In this document: in pieces, positions 33,845-44,703 of the stretch
Layout of the letters: each line of letters starts with the position of its first letter
How positions within the stretch are numbered: position 1 is the first letter of the stretch
Source of the DNA: a virus
Reading direction: 5' to 3' (one strand)
DNA: 64,000 bases
Virus record (IMG/VR): IMGVR_UViG_3300023235_000015
Coordinates: 38,343-102,342 of that record
Program-made: the position numbers and the translations under genes
Notes under the pieces: model-generated
What the model was told of the DNA's origin: nothing
What the model saw: only the letters and a program-made list of their open reading frames with translations
The model's database searches: none

Positions 33845-34182
33845 TGTTTCTCTTTCTATTTGTTTTATACATTCTATTTAGAAGTATAATCAGACACTAC
33901 ACTTTCATGCAGTGTCTAATATACACCTAACTTAATACATTACGCTAGCTATATATCCCCGTACTTTTTCTTCCTCTACAAAATCAGCGCCCAAAAAGAA
34001 ATCGTAGTCAGTCCAACCATCTACAAATTCCTGAGCATCTTCCAATGTATCAGCTTCAACTTCAATTGTAGTATCTACACCTACAGTAAAGATAGCCATT
34101 GTTTCTTCTCTCTGTTGTATTTATATAAACATCACTTAGAAGCTTAATCATGCTCACTTTTTCAAGTGAACATAATAAACGC

Positions 34183-34950
34183 CTAATAAAGGCTTGAATC
34201 GAAGCAGAAGTGGCCGTCACCGTCAGGACAAATAAACTTCTTAGCTTCATCATCCCACTTGGACTTTCCTTCATAACACCAAAAATCAGTCCAATCTTCA
34301 CAATTAATTTCAGTACCAGTGAATGTTTCACGCGGCCAAGCATTTTCATACTCAACATGCATAAGTTCACCAGCACGATAATCAATAGTTACACGTTCAC
34401 CCTTACGATCATCACAAGTAGCAATAGTAAAAGCATCAGCATCCCATCCAAAACCTTCTTCAAGGACACGAAATACTCTAGGCTTAGTATAACCACCACG
34501 AACATCACAACCACCATGAATTTGTAGAAGGATATACTGCTCACCATCTTCAATACCCTCAAAGTGAGTGTACTGAATTACCTGACTAAGCAGGTTTTCA
34601 CTATTATAAGAGTTTACAGTTCCACCAAGCCAACTTTCAGCATGTTCACCAGCAAACTCTTCCATTTCTACACGCCAAGGCGAATTTTCATCACCTTTAG
34701 CATCAACCCACTCATTGAATTTGGTGTCAAGTTCAGCATCAAACTCTAGCCAACTATCACAGTAATGAAAGATAGAAATTGTTGGACCAAATTCACTAGT
34801 CTCAACTTTAGGTGAGTCAATAAAGGATTGAACTGTTTTATCACGGTTCATTTCCCAATTTCTACCATAAGCACCACCACTATCACAAATATTTCTGCCG
34901 GTCGGTTCGATTAACATACCAGCCAATACTTTTTGAGTTTCTGTAGCCAT
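34183..34950 (-). CDS. Hypothetical phage protein
   Basis: ATG 34950 follows the conserved AGAGAGAGAAA leader; DSGGAYGRNW and LQIHGGCDVRGGYT segments; stop codon lies inside a hairpin copy. Confidence 0.75.
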   Translation of the reverse strand: MATETQKVLAGMLIEPTGRNICDSGGAYGRNWEMNRDKTVQSFIDSPKVETSEFGPTISIFHYCDSWLEFDAELDTKFNEWVDAKGDENSPWRVEMEEFAGEHAESWLGGTVNSYNSENLLSQVIQYTHFEGIEDGEQYILLQIHGGCDVRGGYTKPRVFRVLEEGFGWDADAFTIATCDDRKGERVTIDYRAGELMHVEYENAWPRETFTGTEINCEDWTDFWCYEGKSKWDDEAKKFICPDGDGHFCFDSSLY

Positions 34951-36662
34951 TTGTTTCTCTCTCTTTTTGTTTATACGATTAGAAGTATAGCCATATACTA
35001 CGAAATGTATCATAATTGATCTATTCCGCAGTATATGAAATACGCCTAGTATAATTCAAATACTTCACAATCATTATAGTCTCTTAGACCAAGACCTAGA
35101 TCATCTATAAGGATATCCAATGCCTGATCCATAGCGCGACTATCACTCTCTGCTTCAACAATAACGTTAATCGAGTAGTAATCATATATGTATACTACAT
35201 TGTAAAATTGTACCGTATCATGAAGTTTCATCATTAATATCCAGCTTTCTAATAATAGCCTTAGTTACAGTTTCATTAGTAACCCTGTAAATTCTATCGT
35301 TATCGTAGCCATTTGTATAATCCCAAATGTCAGCTTCATTATAAAGGCCAGCTTCAAGTATCGCTACTACAAACTCTTCAGCAGACTTTATACCTTCAAA
35401 CAAAATGAGTGGACCAAATTGATCACTTCCATCATACCTGCCAGTTACATAAAACCTTACACGGATAGGCCATGACTCTTCTGAATCTAGATTCATTTTA
35501 TCTCTCTATTTTTTTGTTTATTTATAATTAACAATTAGAAGTATAATCAAGTGTTACTCAATTAAGAGCAACACTTAATATACACCTAGTCTCGCATGGT
35601 CAATCCATTATAGCAGGTCTGACGATTGCGCGTTTACTCACCAGATAGGTTCACAAGTATTCCAAACATGTTTTCCATATACTGATGAGCTTCCAGTCTA
35701 GAGTTATGTTCTAGAACATCAACAAAGCCCTGAGAGTCTGTAGATAGAGTCCAATTAGCAACTCTAAAAACATGCAGGCCATCTTCTGTAACACTACCTA
35801 TTTCAGAATCATGCATATTATCTAACCAAATAGAACACATAGCTTCTTCAATAGCTATAAGCCGTTCCTGTATATCATTAACCTGTCTTTTAGGCCATTC
35901 AATTGCAGGATTATTTGCTATTTTAATTATTTCTTCCGGCTTTAGATTATTCATTAGTGAATCACATCGTATTCAACTTTTGGCTCTTTAAAAAGATGCC
36001 ATTTATCATCTTCAATAACATGGGCAGATTTTTCAAGATACTCGCCTTGATAATAGTCAATACAAATTGAACCATCAGGATAACTATACCAATTATCTAA
36101 AAGCTCAAGACCTTCGCCTTCAATAAAATCATGAAACTCTTTTTCAGTTTCAAAAATTTCAGGCGTTTGAGTAATAATATGAAATTTTCTTTGCCCATCT
36201 TCAGACAAAATATCATTTTCATCATCATTATACCAATAACTATCAATAATATTTACCTTAATCATTTCTTCTCTCTTTTCTTTTGTTTATTAATTAGAAG
36301 CTTAGATATCTGCTACCTAAAAGATAGCAGATACACTAAACACCTAGTTAGAGTAAGAGTCAGTAAGTGAAAAGCTAATTGAGCCTCCAACAGTTTCTTG
36401 GTTATATGAACCAGTACTATCAAGTGCGTCAATAACATTGATAGCATTGCAACCATCAGTAACTTCACCAATAAAAGCTCCAACCATAATCAGATCAGAC
36501 TTATCTTCACTAAACAGGTTCATATCATCAATAAGTTCGTCATTGATATTCTTAATTACAACATTCATGCTTGGCATTTGTTTTTCTCTCTTTTTGTTTT
36601 GTATTTATATCAGTTAGAGGATTAATCAAGCGCCGCTATTTCTAACGACGCTTAATAATTAC

Positions 36663-37277
36663 CTAACTAGCTTGAAAACTCTCAAGCCACTCAATCAACG
36701 CATCTCCCATATCTTCACTAGCATGGAAAAAATATTGATCAATATTAGTATAGCCTTGTGGGCCTTCTTCAACTTCAACATTGAGTTCTACAGGGCCATC
36801 TTCATCATCTATGTCACACTCAGACCAAAAATCATAAACATCTTCATTAGTGATGCTTACACCTTCAGGAATAGCTTGTGCGAACATAAGCGGCCAATTT
36901 TGAGAGTATTCATTACTTACTCTACACTCATCACCCTCAAAGATAATCTCAGCAATGTAAATCAAGTTATCGCAAAGATTAAACTCATCAGAAAGCATTT
37001 CTCTAAGAAGCTTAGGCGAAAGTTTAACAGACCAAAACTTGCGACCATCTTCTTCATGAACCTTAAGAGCTTTATCAATCAATCCGCCCTGCTTCTTAAT
37101 GCCTTTAATTGTAGACTCAGTAGCAAGACAACTAATAGCACAAGCTTTCCAACTCTCAACTTCAGTCTTACCATTAGTTGAGTAGTTGATTTTACCATAA
37201 TTACGACGAGCAACATGATCCAATTCCTTATGCTCAGTAGCACGACGAACTAGAACATCTTTATTCTTGATAATCAT
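36663..37277 (-). CDS. Hypothetical protein in the hairpin array
   Basis: Conserved leader upstream; TAG stop lies within hairpin 36614-36666. Confidence 0.7.
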   Translation of the reverse strand: MIIKNKDVLVRRATEHKELDHVARRNYGKINYSTNGKTEVESWKACAISCLATESTIKGIKKQGGLIDKALKVHEEDGRKFWSVKLSPKLLREMLSDEFNLCDNLIYIAEIIFEGDECRVSNEYSQNWPLMFAQAIPEGVSITNEDVYDFWSECDIDDEDGPVELNVEVEEGPQGYTNIDQYFFHASEDMGDALIEWLESFQAS

Positions 37278-37359
37278 TTGTTTCTCTCTCTTTTGTTTTT
37301 ATATTAGAAGTATAATCAAGTAGTGGATTTCCGCCCACTACTTAATATACGCCTAACTT

Positions 37360-37962
37360 TTATACAGCGTTAGCATTGAACTTTTCAAGTTCATAATCAC
37401 AAAATGAATCAAACGCGCTTGCTGCATGACCAATTGGCAGAGGCAGAATGATTGAAGAATTATAATAAACTTCAACTTCAGTCTCATCAAGAAACTCGCC
37501 ATCATCATCATAAAGTTCTTCTGAATCTGTATTATAGTTATGAAAAACTTGAAGATTAAGATCAGAGACTTCAATTGCGTTAGCAACTGCCTCATTCTCA
37601 ATAGTCATTTCCCAAAGATTTTCACCAACTTGATCGCCATAATCGCTACCTTGAATCTGAGATTGAAAATTCAAAGCATTAGCAATAAGGCAAGCACTAG
37701 AATCTGTAGGTGTACTAGGAATAAGTTCATGCAGCATATCATTAGAACCACCAACTCTACGAATATCATTCGCAAAAGCAAGAAGCTCATCAACACTAGC
37801 GCGTTCTCTAATAGCATTAAGATCATCATGTTCTACATACTCTTCAATATGCCATTCAACATCTTCCGCACTCATGTTGTCAAACTTAATTGTGTTTGTA
37901 GTAGTAATAATAATCTTACGGCTACTAACAGGATCAACTACGACATACTTATTTTTATTCAT
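37360..37962 (-). CDS. Hypothetical protein, paralog of 33314..33844
   Basis: Same shared segments as its paralog; conserved leader upstream. Confidence 0.8.
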   Translation of the reverse strand: MNKNKYVVVDPVSSRKIIITTTNTIKFDNMSAEDVEWHIEEYVEHDDLNAIRERASVDELLAFANDIRRVGGSNDMLHELIPSTPTDSSACLIANALNFQSQIQGSDYGDQVGENLWEMTIENEAVANAIEVSDLNLQVFHNYNTDSEELYDDDGEFLDETEVEVYYNSSIILPLPIGHAASAFDSFCDYELEKFNANAV

Positions 37963-40900
37963 TGTTTTCTCTCTCTATTTGTTTTTATTTTATTAGAAGA
38001 ATAAACATACACTACTATTTCTAGCAGTGCATGGTAGTCGCCTAATTTATTCAATTCCGCAAGCTGAAAAGAACGTATCTCTATTAAAATATTCATTATC
38101 AGATTCCAGAATTATTGCTAAGTTGTAAGCGAAGATAACTTTATCTTCTCTGTCATTGAACAAATGAGACTGTTCTACAAACAATCTAGCAAGCGCCCTA
38201 TAATGTTTTTTACTCATTTTAGATATCCTTCTCCAAAACAGTCTACTACTAGACTATTTTCGTGGTCAAATACTTCTTGAAGTGGCATATCATTGTATGC
38301 CGGACCACTTTTAGCATCTGGCAGAGCAACAATAAGCAGACCTTCATTAGCCATACAGACAGCAGTTTCTACATTCAAACACCTATCATAAGGCTCGTCA
38401 TATTTACCATGCTCAAAAGCAATAGCAACAATTTCGCACCCTTCATAAGGCTCAGTCCATTCAGGCTTAATCTGAATATCACTTATGTTCATTATTCTTC
38501 TCTCTCTATTGTTTTTATATTATCAGAGGATTAATCAAGTGCTGGTTTTTGCGCCAGCACTTAATAATCACCTAACTCTTTTTATTTACTATTACTATCA
38601 AACTAGGTATAACTACAGTTACAAATATAACCGCACCTGTAATATCTAAAATGTTGATAATTTTTTCGTCCATAGTATATCAACACTTACATATAAACGA
38701 TATAGTTTTCAATGTAATCCATTGCGGATTCATTAATCCATTCCTCACAAAGTTTATTGAACTCTTTGTAAGTAACTTTTGTAGGCTCGCCTTTAGCATA
38801 GTCATAGAAATTGATACAATCAAATATAATAGCTTTACTAAGACCAATATTGATATAAACTCCACCATCATAGTAAAACTTGAAATTATAACCTTCATAG
38901 ACAATAGACTTTTCACGCCAATCTACTATCTCATCTTCTTTAGACATTTTCTTCTCTCTATTGTGTTTTTATTAGAAGCTTAATCAAGTAGTGGATTTCC
39001 GCCCACTACTTAATAAACGCCTATTCGTAATACGGTTGTTCTTTTAGTTCATGGTCGCCAAGAGATTCTTCTGAATAGAAAACAGTATCATCACTACCAG
39101 CCATAGAATATCTATCAGGCTTTGTAATGTTTTCAGCAGAATTAAGCGCCCTAGCAATCTTAGAAGCATATTCTTGATTATCAGCTATTGCCAACAGTCT
39201 AACATGCATAGGATTATCATACCACCATCCACCTTCTTCTGGACCGCCATATTCACGAGACACGGAATATTCACTAATGTATATCATGCGATATTTTCTG
39301 ACCACTTTGGAACATTCCACATTACATCACTAATAGCAAACTGTGGAACATTACTAATACTATCGTAATCTTTAGCGTTCATACGAATTACAAAAAGAAT
39401 GTATTCGTTCATTTATTTCTTCTCTCTATTGTTTACATAATCAGAGGCTTATACATACGCTATTTTCATAGCGCATGTTATAAACACCTAATCTTCTCTA
39501 ATAGCGCCAGTAATCATTAGCACAATTCCTACAGATACTTGAACAGTACCTATTGCTATATACCATGAAATACTATCAGGTTCAGCACTAGGAATATTAC
39601 TAAGCATGTAAGCGCCCCATAATATATTGAACAGTCCTATTAGTTTATTAGCCATATACAAGCTCATCAAATATACTTACTTGAAGAATAGCGTCAGCAT
39701 CCCAAGCATCAATGTTGCCAGCATTATTTTCTTTACTAGCATTGTTGATATTTTGTGCCATTGTTCCATTAATTTTCATATCGCGGCTGTTGATCTTTCC
39801 AAGACCCACAACTACAGTATCCAAATTAATATGGAATACTTCACCAACAGGGTTATCTTCCCATTCATCCCAAACTACAATTGTAGCTGTGGAAGAATCA
39901 AGATCATAACTTTCTAGTCGTCGCCAAGTATTAGAACCAAAATCTTCAACTATACAAGTGAAAACATCAGTCAAAAACTTATGACGAATATCGAATTCAG
40001 ACATATTTCCTCTCTCTATTGTTTTTTTACTTAGAAGCTTATAGATACTCTACTTTTCAGCAGAGCATCTTATAAACACCTAACTAAAACGCTGTGATTG
40101 TGTATCTCATATTATTATTTGTTACAGCTTCACCATCAGCTAACACTTCAACAATGTCTCTGACAATGTTTTCAGACCATTCAGCATAATCAATGGCATG
40201 AGTTTCCAAAGACTTTTTAATCTCTGGCGAATAAAAACTGTTAAGAGTCAAACTTTCGACTTTTTCACTAGTAACGAAAACCCTAGTGTCATGGTCAATT
40301 AAACAGTATTCCATATCGGGCATAATTTTCTTCTCTCTATTGTTTTTTATCAGAAGTATAATCAAGTACCCGTAAACGGATACTTAATATACGCCTAAGA
40401 ACTTATGGAGTCCAGCGTTTACTGCTTTCCAAATTGTTAACTTTCTGAAGAAGTCTTTCTATCGTAGAATCTTTGATATTTATGATATCTTCCAGCATTT
40501 CAGTCTGCTTAATCAAACAATCAATTGTGTCGCTTTTTATATCAATTGTTTCACGCTGAATATTTATGATCTGTTCTTGTTCACTCATTTTATCTTCTCT
40601 CTTTTGTTTTTTATTCAGAAGCTTAATCAAGTAGTAGTTTTTGCGCCACTACTTAATAAACACCTAATCCCAAAGGTTTACAATCCACAACATGTTCATA
40701 ACTCCAACTCCAAAACAAACACCAGACAACCAATCAAATCCATAGAAAAGCAAAATCCAACTACAGATAAGAATGATTAGATTGGCTATCGTTGCAATAC
40801 CGCACTTACTATTCATTATCTTCTCTCTTTTGTTTTTATTCAGAAGTTTATACATACGCTACATAATAGCAGCGCATGTTATAAACACCTAAATCAGCGT

Positions 40901-42552
40901 TCAATCATTCGCCAAATTAGACTTCTTTTTGTATTTTCCTTGTTTTTCAGAGCAGATTCTGCACTTTCAACATCAGAGTAAACTTCAACATCATCCCAAA
41001 TTGCTTGAGGATGATTAGGCTTACTTTGAACAACGAATTCACTCATTTTATCTTCTCTCTTTTTGTTTTTATTCAGAAGTTTAATCAAGTAGTAACACTA
41101 ACGGGAACCGACATTGCCGGTCGCTATTATTTCGCGCCACTACTTAATAAACGCCTAAAAGTCTGCTTTTACAGAAGTAAATCCTACAGTAACTTCTTGA
41201 CCAGCATAACGCCTAGCCTTAAAGGTATCATCAATGATGATAACAGCCTTACCTTTTTCAACTTTTACAAAATCGGCGGTGCAGCCGCTAAGATACTTGG
41301 GGCGAATGTTTTGAATCATTACTTTATCGCCATTTTCAAGCGACGAAATACTGACCCTAGAATAAGCCTTTTTTCTATCATTGATAACATCAATGATTTC
41401 TTCTAGATGGTTGTCATACTGACCATGAAAAACATCTTCCAAAAGTTCAGCAAGTTCACCATTTGTCTTTGTCATTTTTTCTTCTCTCTTTTGTGATTCA
41501 TTGAACTATTAGAAGCTTAGATATACCCTACATGGTGCAGGGTATACGCTAAACGCCTAGATCATACCTAGATCAATAAGCGGAGAATTATTACCACAAG
41601 GACAAGTACCATCAGGTTCAACAATACAACCACAGTCTAAAGTAGCAATACCATCAGACATAATGGCTTCCAATTCAGCTAATTGTTCATCAGTCATTTT
41701 TCTTCTCTCTTTTGTTTACATTATCAGAAGCTTAATCATGCTCACATATTTCTATGTGAACATAATAAGCACCTAAATCAGTTCAGAATGACCACAGAAT
41801 TGCTACCAGAGCTTTTCTGTTCCAAATCCTAAACCAATTCATTTTGTTACAATAGTGAGGTCTTTCAGCTTTTTGTCATTCATGAGTTGCTGAAAGTCAA
41901 ACAGCGACATAATCGCTGCATGCTGCTTATTACTTCTAACCATTGTTTCCTTCTCTCTATTGTTTGTTTCTATGGTGAGCCTTTTCATAAGGACTCAAAG
42001 TAATTCACCATTTGCATAGTGAACTAATTTGAATACTTACTAAATCTTCTCAATGGTGAAGGTATTGTTCAGAGTAGTGTTTTCCGCCTTGAACAAAATA
42101 TCCTTCAACACTTTTGCAGCCAATTCACTTTCACAACCAAACTTCAATTGATCCGTTGAATCTTTTTCACTCACAATTACATGGTAAGCATATCCAAGCA
42201 TTGTTACCATGCTCCCATATTATATCCAACAACAATCACTATAGAAGCAATAGTTATCAGTATGGTGAGAACTCCAAAGAACTTACACTCAAAAATGAAT
42301 GTATCTTTTTCGCTCATGTTTTCCTCTCTATGGTGAATCATTTTCAATGGTGAGTATTTGTTACATGGTAAATAATTCGACCGCGTGTTTAGCAATAAGT
42401 AATACTAAATATTATTCAGCGTTAACATTATTGATTAGACCTAAACAATTAGGTATGATAAGTCATTTTAAGTGACTTTCCTACTTTTAAACTGGCAGTT
42501 CTAATTTTACTGTATCCAGTCGTGGTCTAAACTTTTCTCTCGTTTACAAAAT

Positions 42553-42592
42553 TGCCCACGTAGGAATCGAACCTACTTTAACCTTTATGGGC
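42553..42592 (-). ncRNA. Minimal tRNA-like element (acceptor stem and T-arm only)
   Basis: Minus strand reads GCCCAT-AAAGGTTAAA-GTAGG TTCGATT CCTAC-GTGGGC-A. Confidence 0.55.
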
Positions 42593-42947
42593 GAGACATT
42601 CAGCCGAATATTTTACTTTCGGCAATGTTGCGAAGTGCTGATATTACACCATCAACATCTTCGTTCTTGACATTCTTTTCAATGGCATCTGCCATATCAA
42701 AGACTGAATCAGAACTAAGTTTTGTTAGTCCATCTTCTAGATCATCTAGATCATCTATGTATATCTGCATGGTTCCTCTCTATGGTGAATTGTTTTCAAT
42801 GGTGAGTGTTTAAAAGTGAATCAAAAGTCTTGGATTCTTTTGATCCACTTTTAAACCTTCACTATTTGTTGCATGGTCAGCCCTGGCCGCAAGTGCCAGT
42901 AATTTTTACTGCATGGTGAGTGTTTTTCGCACCGATAATAATTCTAG

Positions 42948-43019
42948 TAGCAGTAGTAGGAATCGAACCTACTTAGTTAATTTGTGAGAGCAAATTATTA
43001 TTCCTAAACCATTACCGCT
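42948..43019 (-). tRNA. Degenerate tRNA-like gene (72 nt), anticodon unclear
   Basis: 7-bp acceptor stem AGCGGTA/TACTGCT plus discriminator A; canonical T-arm GTAGG-TTCGATT-CCTAC; arm TAATTTG-CTCTCA-CAAATTA with a 6-nt loop. No clear D-stem and no encoded CCA. Confidence 0.55.
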
Positions 43020-43027
43020 ATGTACCC

Positions 43028-43510
43028 TTAGATATTCATATCTATAGGGTATGCAGCCCGACCATACTTGCCGGGGATAACAATGTCCATGAAGTCTGGG
43101 AACCTACGTTCTGCTAAACGCGCTTCAATCTCAAACGGTTGACTCCAATACTTCCCAACAAAACCTTTATGGTCATTCCACTTACTAAGTAGTTCGTTGT
43201 ATGAATCACAATCGTTTCCGACTGTTTCTAGCTGGTAAGCGTGACGTAATTCGTGCAGTATCAGTCTCACTGCACCTTCATGATCCAGATACTTATTGAT
43301 GCAGATGTAGTGGACATACTTACCGTTTATGTTTCTAACGCTTGCATGTCCACCACGGCCCTCTCTTGAAGTGCGCGTTATCTTCACATTCCAGTAGATA
43401 CCTAGTTTGTTAAGTGCGCGTTCTAGACCTTCAGGGTTTATCGCCCATAGGTCACCATTACTAAGTCCGACCGATATTCTCGGCTTGACCTTTTTCGTGA
43501 CTTTTGCCAT
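43028..43510 (-). CDS. Zincin-like metallopeptidase domain protein
   Basis: ILHELRHAYQ followed by YWSQPFEIEAR. Confidence 0.7.
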   Translation of the reverse strand: MAKVTKKVKPRISVGLSNGDLWAINPEGLERALNKLGIYWNVKITRTSREGRGGHASVRNINGKYVHYICINKYLDHEGAVRLILHELRHAYQLETVGNDCDSYNELLSKWNDHKGFVGKYWSQPFEIEARLAERRFPDFMDIVIPGKYGRAAYPIDMNI

Positions 43511-43966
43511 TACTTCTCCGTCCTGGGATCAATTGCCAGTAGTATTTTTGCGCCTAGAATATAGTCACAATCAACTACCTTCAATCTACATGCAGCATGT
43601 AGTGAATAATCACTCAATTAGCATATAGACCCATTCTCTCATTGATAACTACAGATAAAGAGTCTAAAGGAAGAATCAGTCCATCCTGGTATCAATTGCC
43701 AGTAGATTGATTCTTCACTTAGAATCTTCAATCTTGATCTATTCGGAATACATGTCCGAACTTCTTGCAGTGGAATATCTCACCACAATCTGCCTTTTCA
43801 AGATCGCGGATAACTTCCCGTAATTCAGTATTCAGATACGAAGAAAAGTAACAATATCCGTTTACTCTTGCAGTAGTAATTACATGCTGGGAATACTTGA
43901 ATTTTTTCCCATCATTCTTATCCCGCGCAGTAATTCTCGCCATATTCTTTATCCTTCCTATAAAAA

Positions 43967-44076
43967 TTTTTTCCTGCGCCCTGGGGAGCGGCGCCAGTAA
44001 TTTTTTCCTGCGCCCTGGGGAGCGGCGCCAGTAATTTTTTCCTGCGCCCTGGGGAGCGGCGCCAGTAATTTTTTCC
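43967..44076. repeat. Perfect 34-bp tandem repeat, about 3.2 copies
   Basis: Unit TTTTTTCCTGCGCCCTGGGGAGCGGCGCCAGTAA at 43967, 44001 and 44035. Confidence 0.97.
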
Positions 44077-44088
44077 CTTACCTAGTGC

Positions 44089-44127
44089 AAAAAAAAAACC
44101 CCGCAACCTATGAAAGCGTTGCAGGGT
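44089..44127 (-). terminator. Intrinsic terminator after the 44140..44703 gene
   Basis: Minus strand ACCCTGCAAC-loop-GTTGCGGGGT followed by a long T run. Confidence 0.85.
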
Positions 44128-44139
44128 AATTTTCTCTTT

Positions 44140-44703
44140 TTATGCAGTCTCTTCAATCGCCTTCTGGCGCTTCGCTGCATCCTTCTCGATTTTGGCAACC
44201 TTTGCCTTTTCCTGCTGGGCAGCCTTTGCCTTTTCCTTACGCTCTGTGACTTGAACGTGAGTGAGACTCGACCTCTCCAACCCGTTGATCTTGATCGGCT
44301 GAGACTTGCGCGGGACTGACTTCCCGTTTTCATCGACTACCTGTTTACCTTCGGCATCCTTCACAGAACGTTTAGTCCGGTCTGTGAATGAGACGCTATC
44401 GGCCGCATTCTCTACAACCTTCCAGACATTGCTGGGGTCGGCCGCAGTCGCTGCCTTTGCAGCTTCATGCGCGGGCTGCATTGTGATAGCAGTCACTCCG
44501 GCATCGGACTTTCCGTCCTTGATCGCCTTCAGGATCTTGCAGTCATCTGCATCGAATGCGATAACAGCGCCCACAGGATGATCCTGCACCCCGGATACTC
44601 CCAGACCTTCAACGATCTGTGACTGCACGAATGCAGCAGCAGCAACATTGATCTCAGTCGAGCGAGCGTTTTCCGAACGTACTTTACTTGTTACTTTTGC
44701 CAT
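44140..44703 (-). CDS. Hypothetical Ala/Lys-rich protein, monocistronic
   Basis: AGAGAAAG RBS, own terminator, and codon usage visibly more GC-rich than the rest of the phage. Confidence 0.75.
   Translation of the reverse strand: MAKVTSKVRSENARSTEINVAAAAFVQSQIVEGLGVSGVQDHPVGAVIAFDADDCKILKAIKDGKSDAGVTAITMQPAHEAAKAATAADPSNVWKVVENAADSVSFTDRTKRSVKDAEGKQVVDENGKSVPRKSQPIKINGLERSSLTHVQVTERKEKAKAAQQEKAKVAKIEKDAAKRQKAIEETA

Larger units (their letters stand above)
33261..41776 (-). repeat. Array of 19 dispersed intergenic hairpin elements (about 49-86 nt) separating small genes
   Basis: Copies at 33261-33313, 33878-33930, 34136-34186, 34979-35049, 35535-35589, 36294-36347, 36614-36666, 37304-37356, 37993-38045, 38523-38575, 38972-39024, 39441-39491, 40031-40083, 40350-40398, 40615-40667, 40840-40892, 41073-41158, 41509-41560 and 41724-41776. 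Minus-strand consensus YTAGGYGTWTA..[variable stem-loop]..TAWRCYTCTRA, then AAACAAWAGAGAGAA-N-ATG. Confidence 0.95.

Noticed and set aside
33261-41776. CRISPR array (repeats plus a Cas4-like gene in the window)
   Set aside because: The repeats have variable cores and are separated by whole genes of variable length, not 30-40 bp spacers. No cas1 or cas2 is visible.
33261-41776. Classical integron attC array
   Set aside because: On the gene strand attC runs RYYYAAC...GTTRRRY, whereas these run TTAGG...CTAA, the opposite polarity. No IntI is present in the window, and GAAA loops with strand-specific G.U pairs favour RNA. Cassette-like mobility is kept only as a hypothesis.
33261-41776. Rho-independent terminators
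   Set aside because: No U-tract follows the stems on either strand; the sense strand continues into an A-rich leader.
43918-44106. 62-aa ORF
   Set aside because: It is a translation of the 34-bp tandem repeat and terminator, with no RBS.
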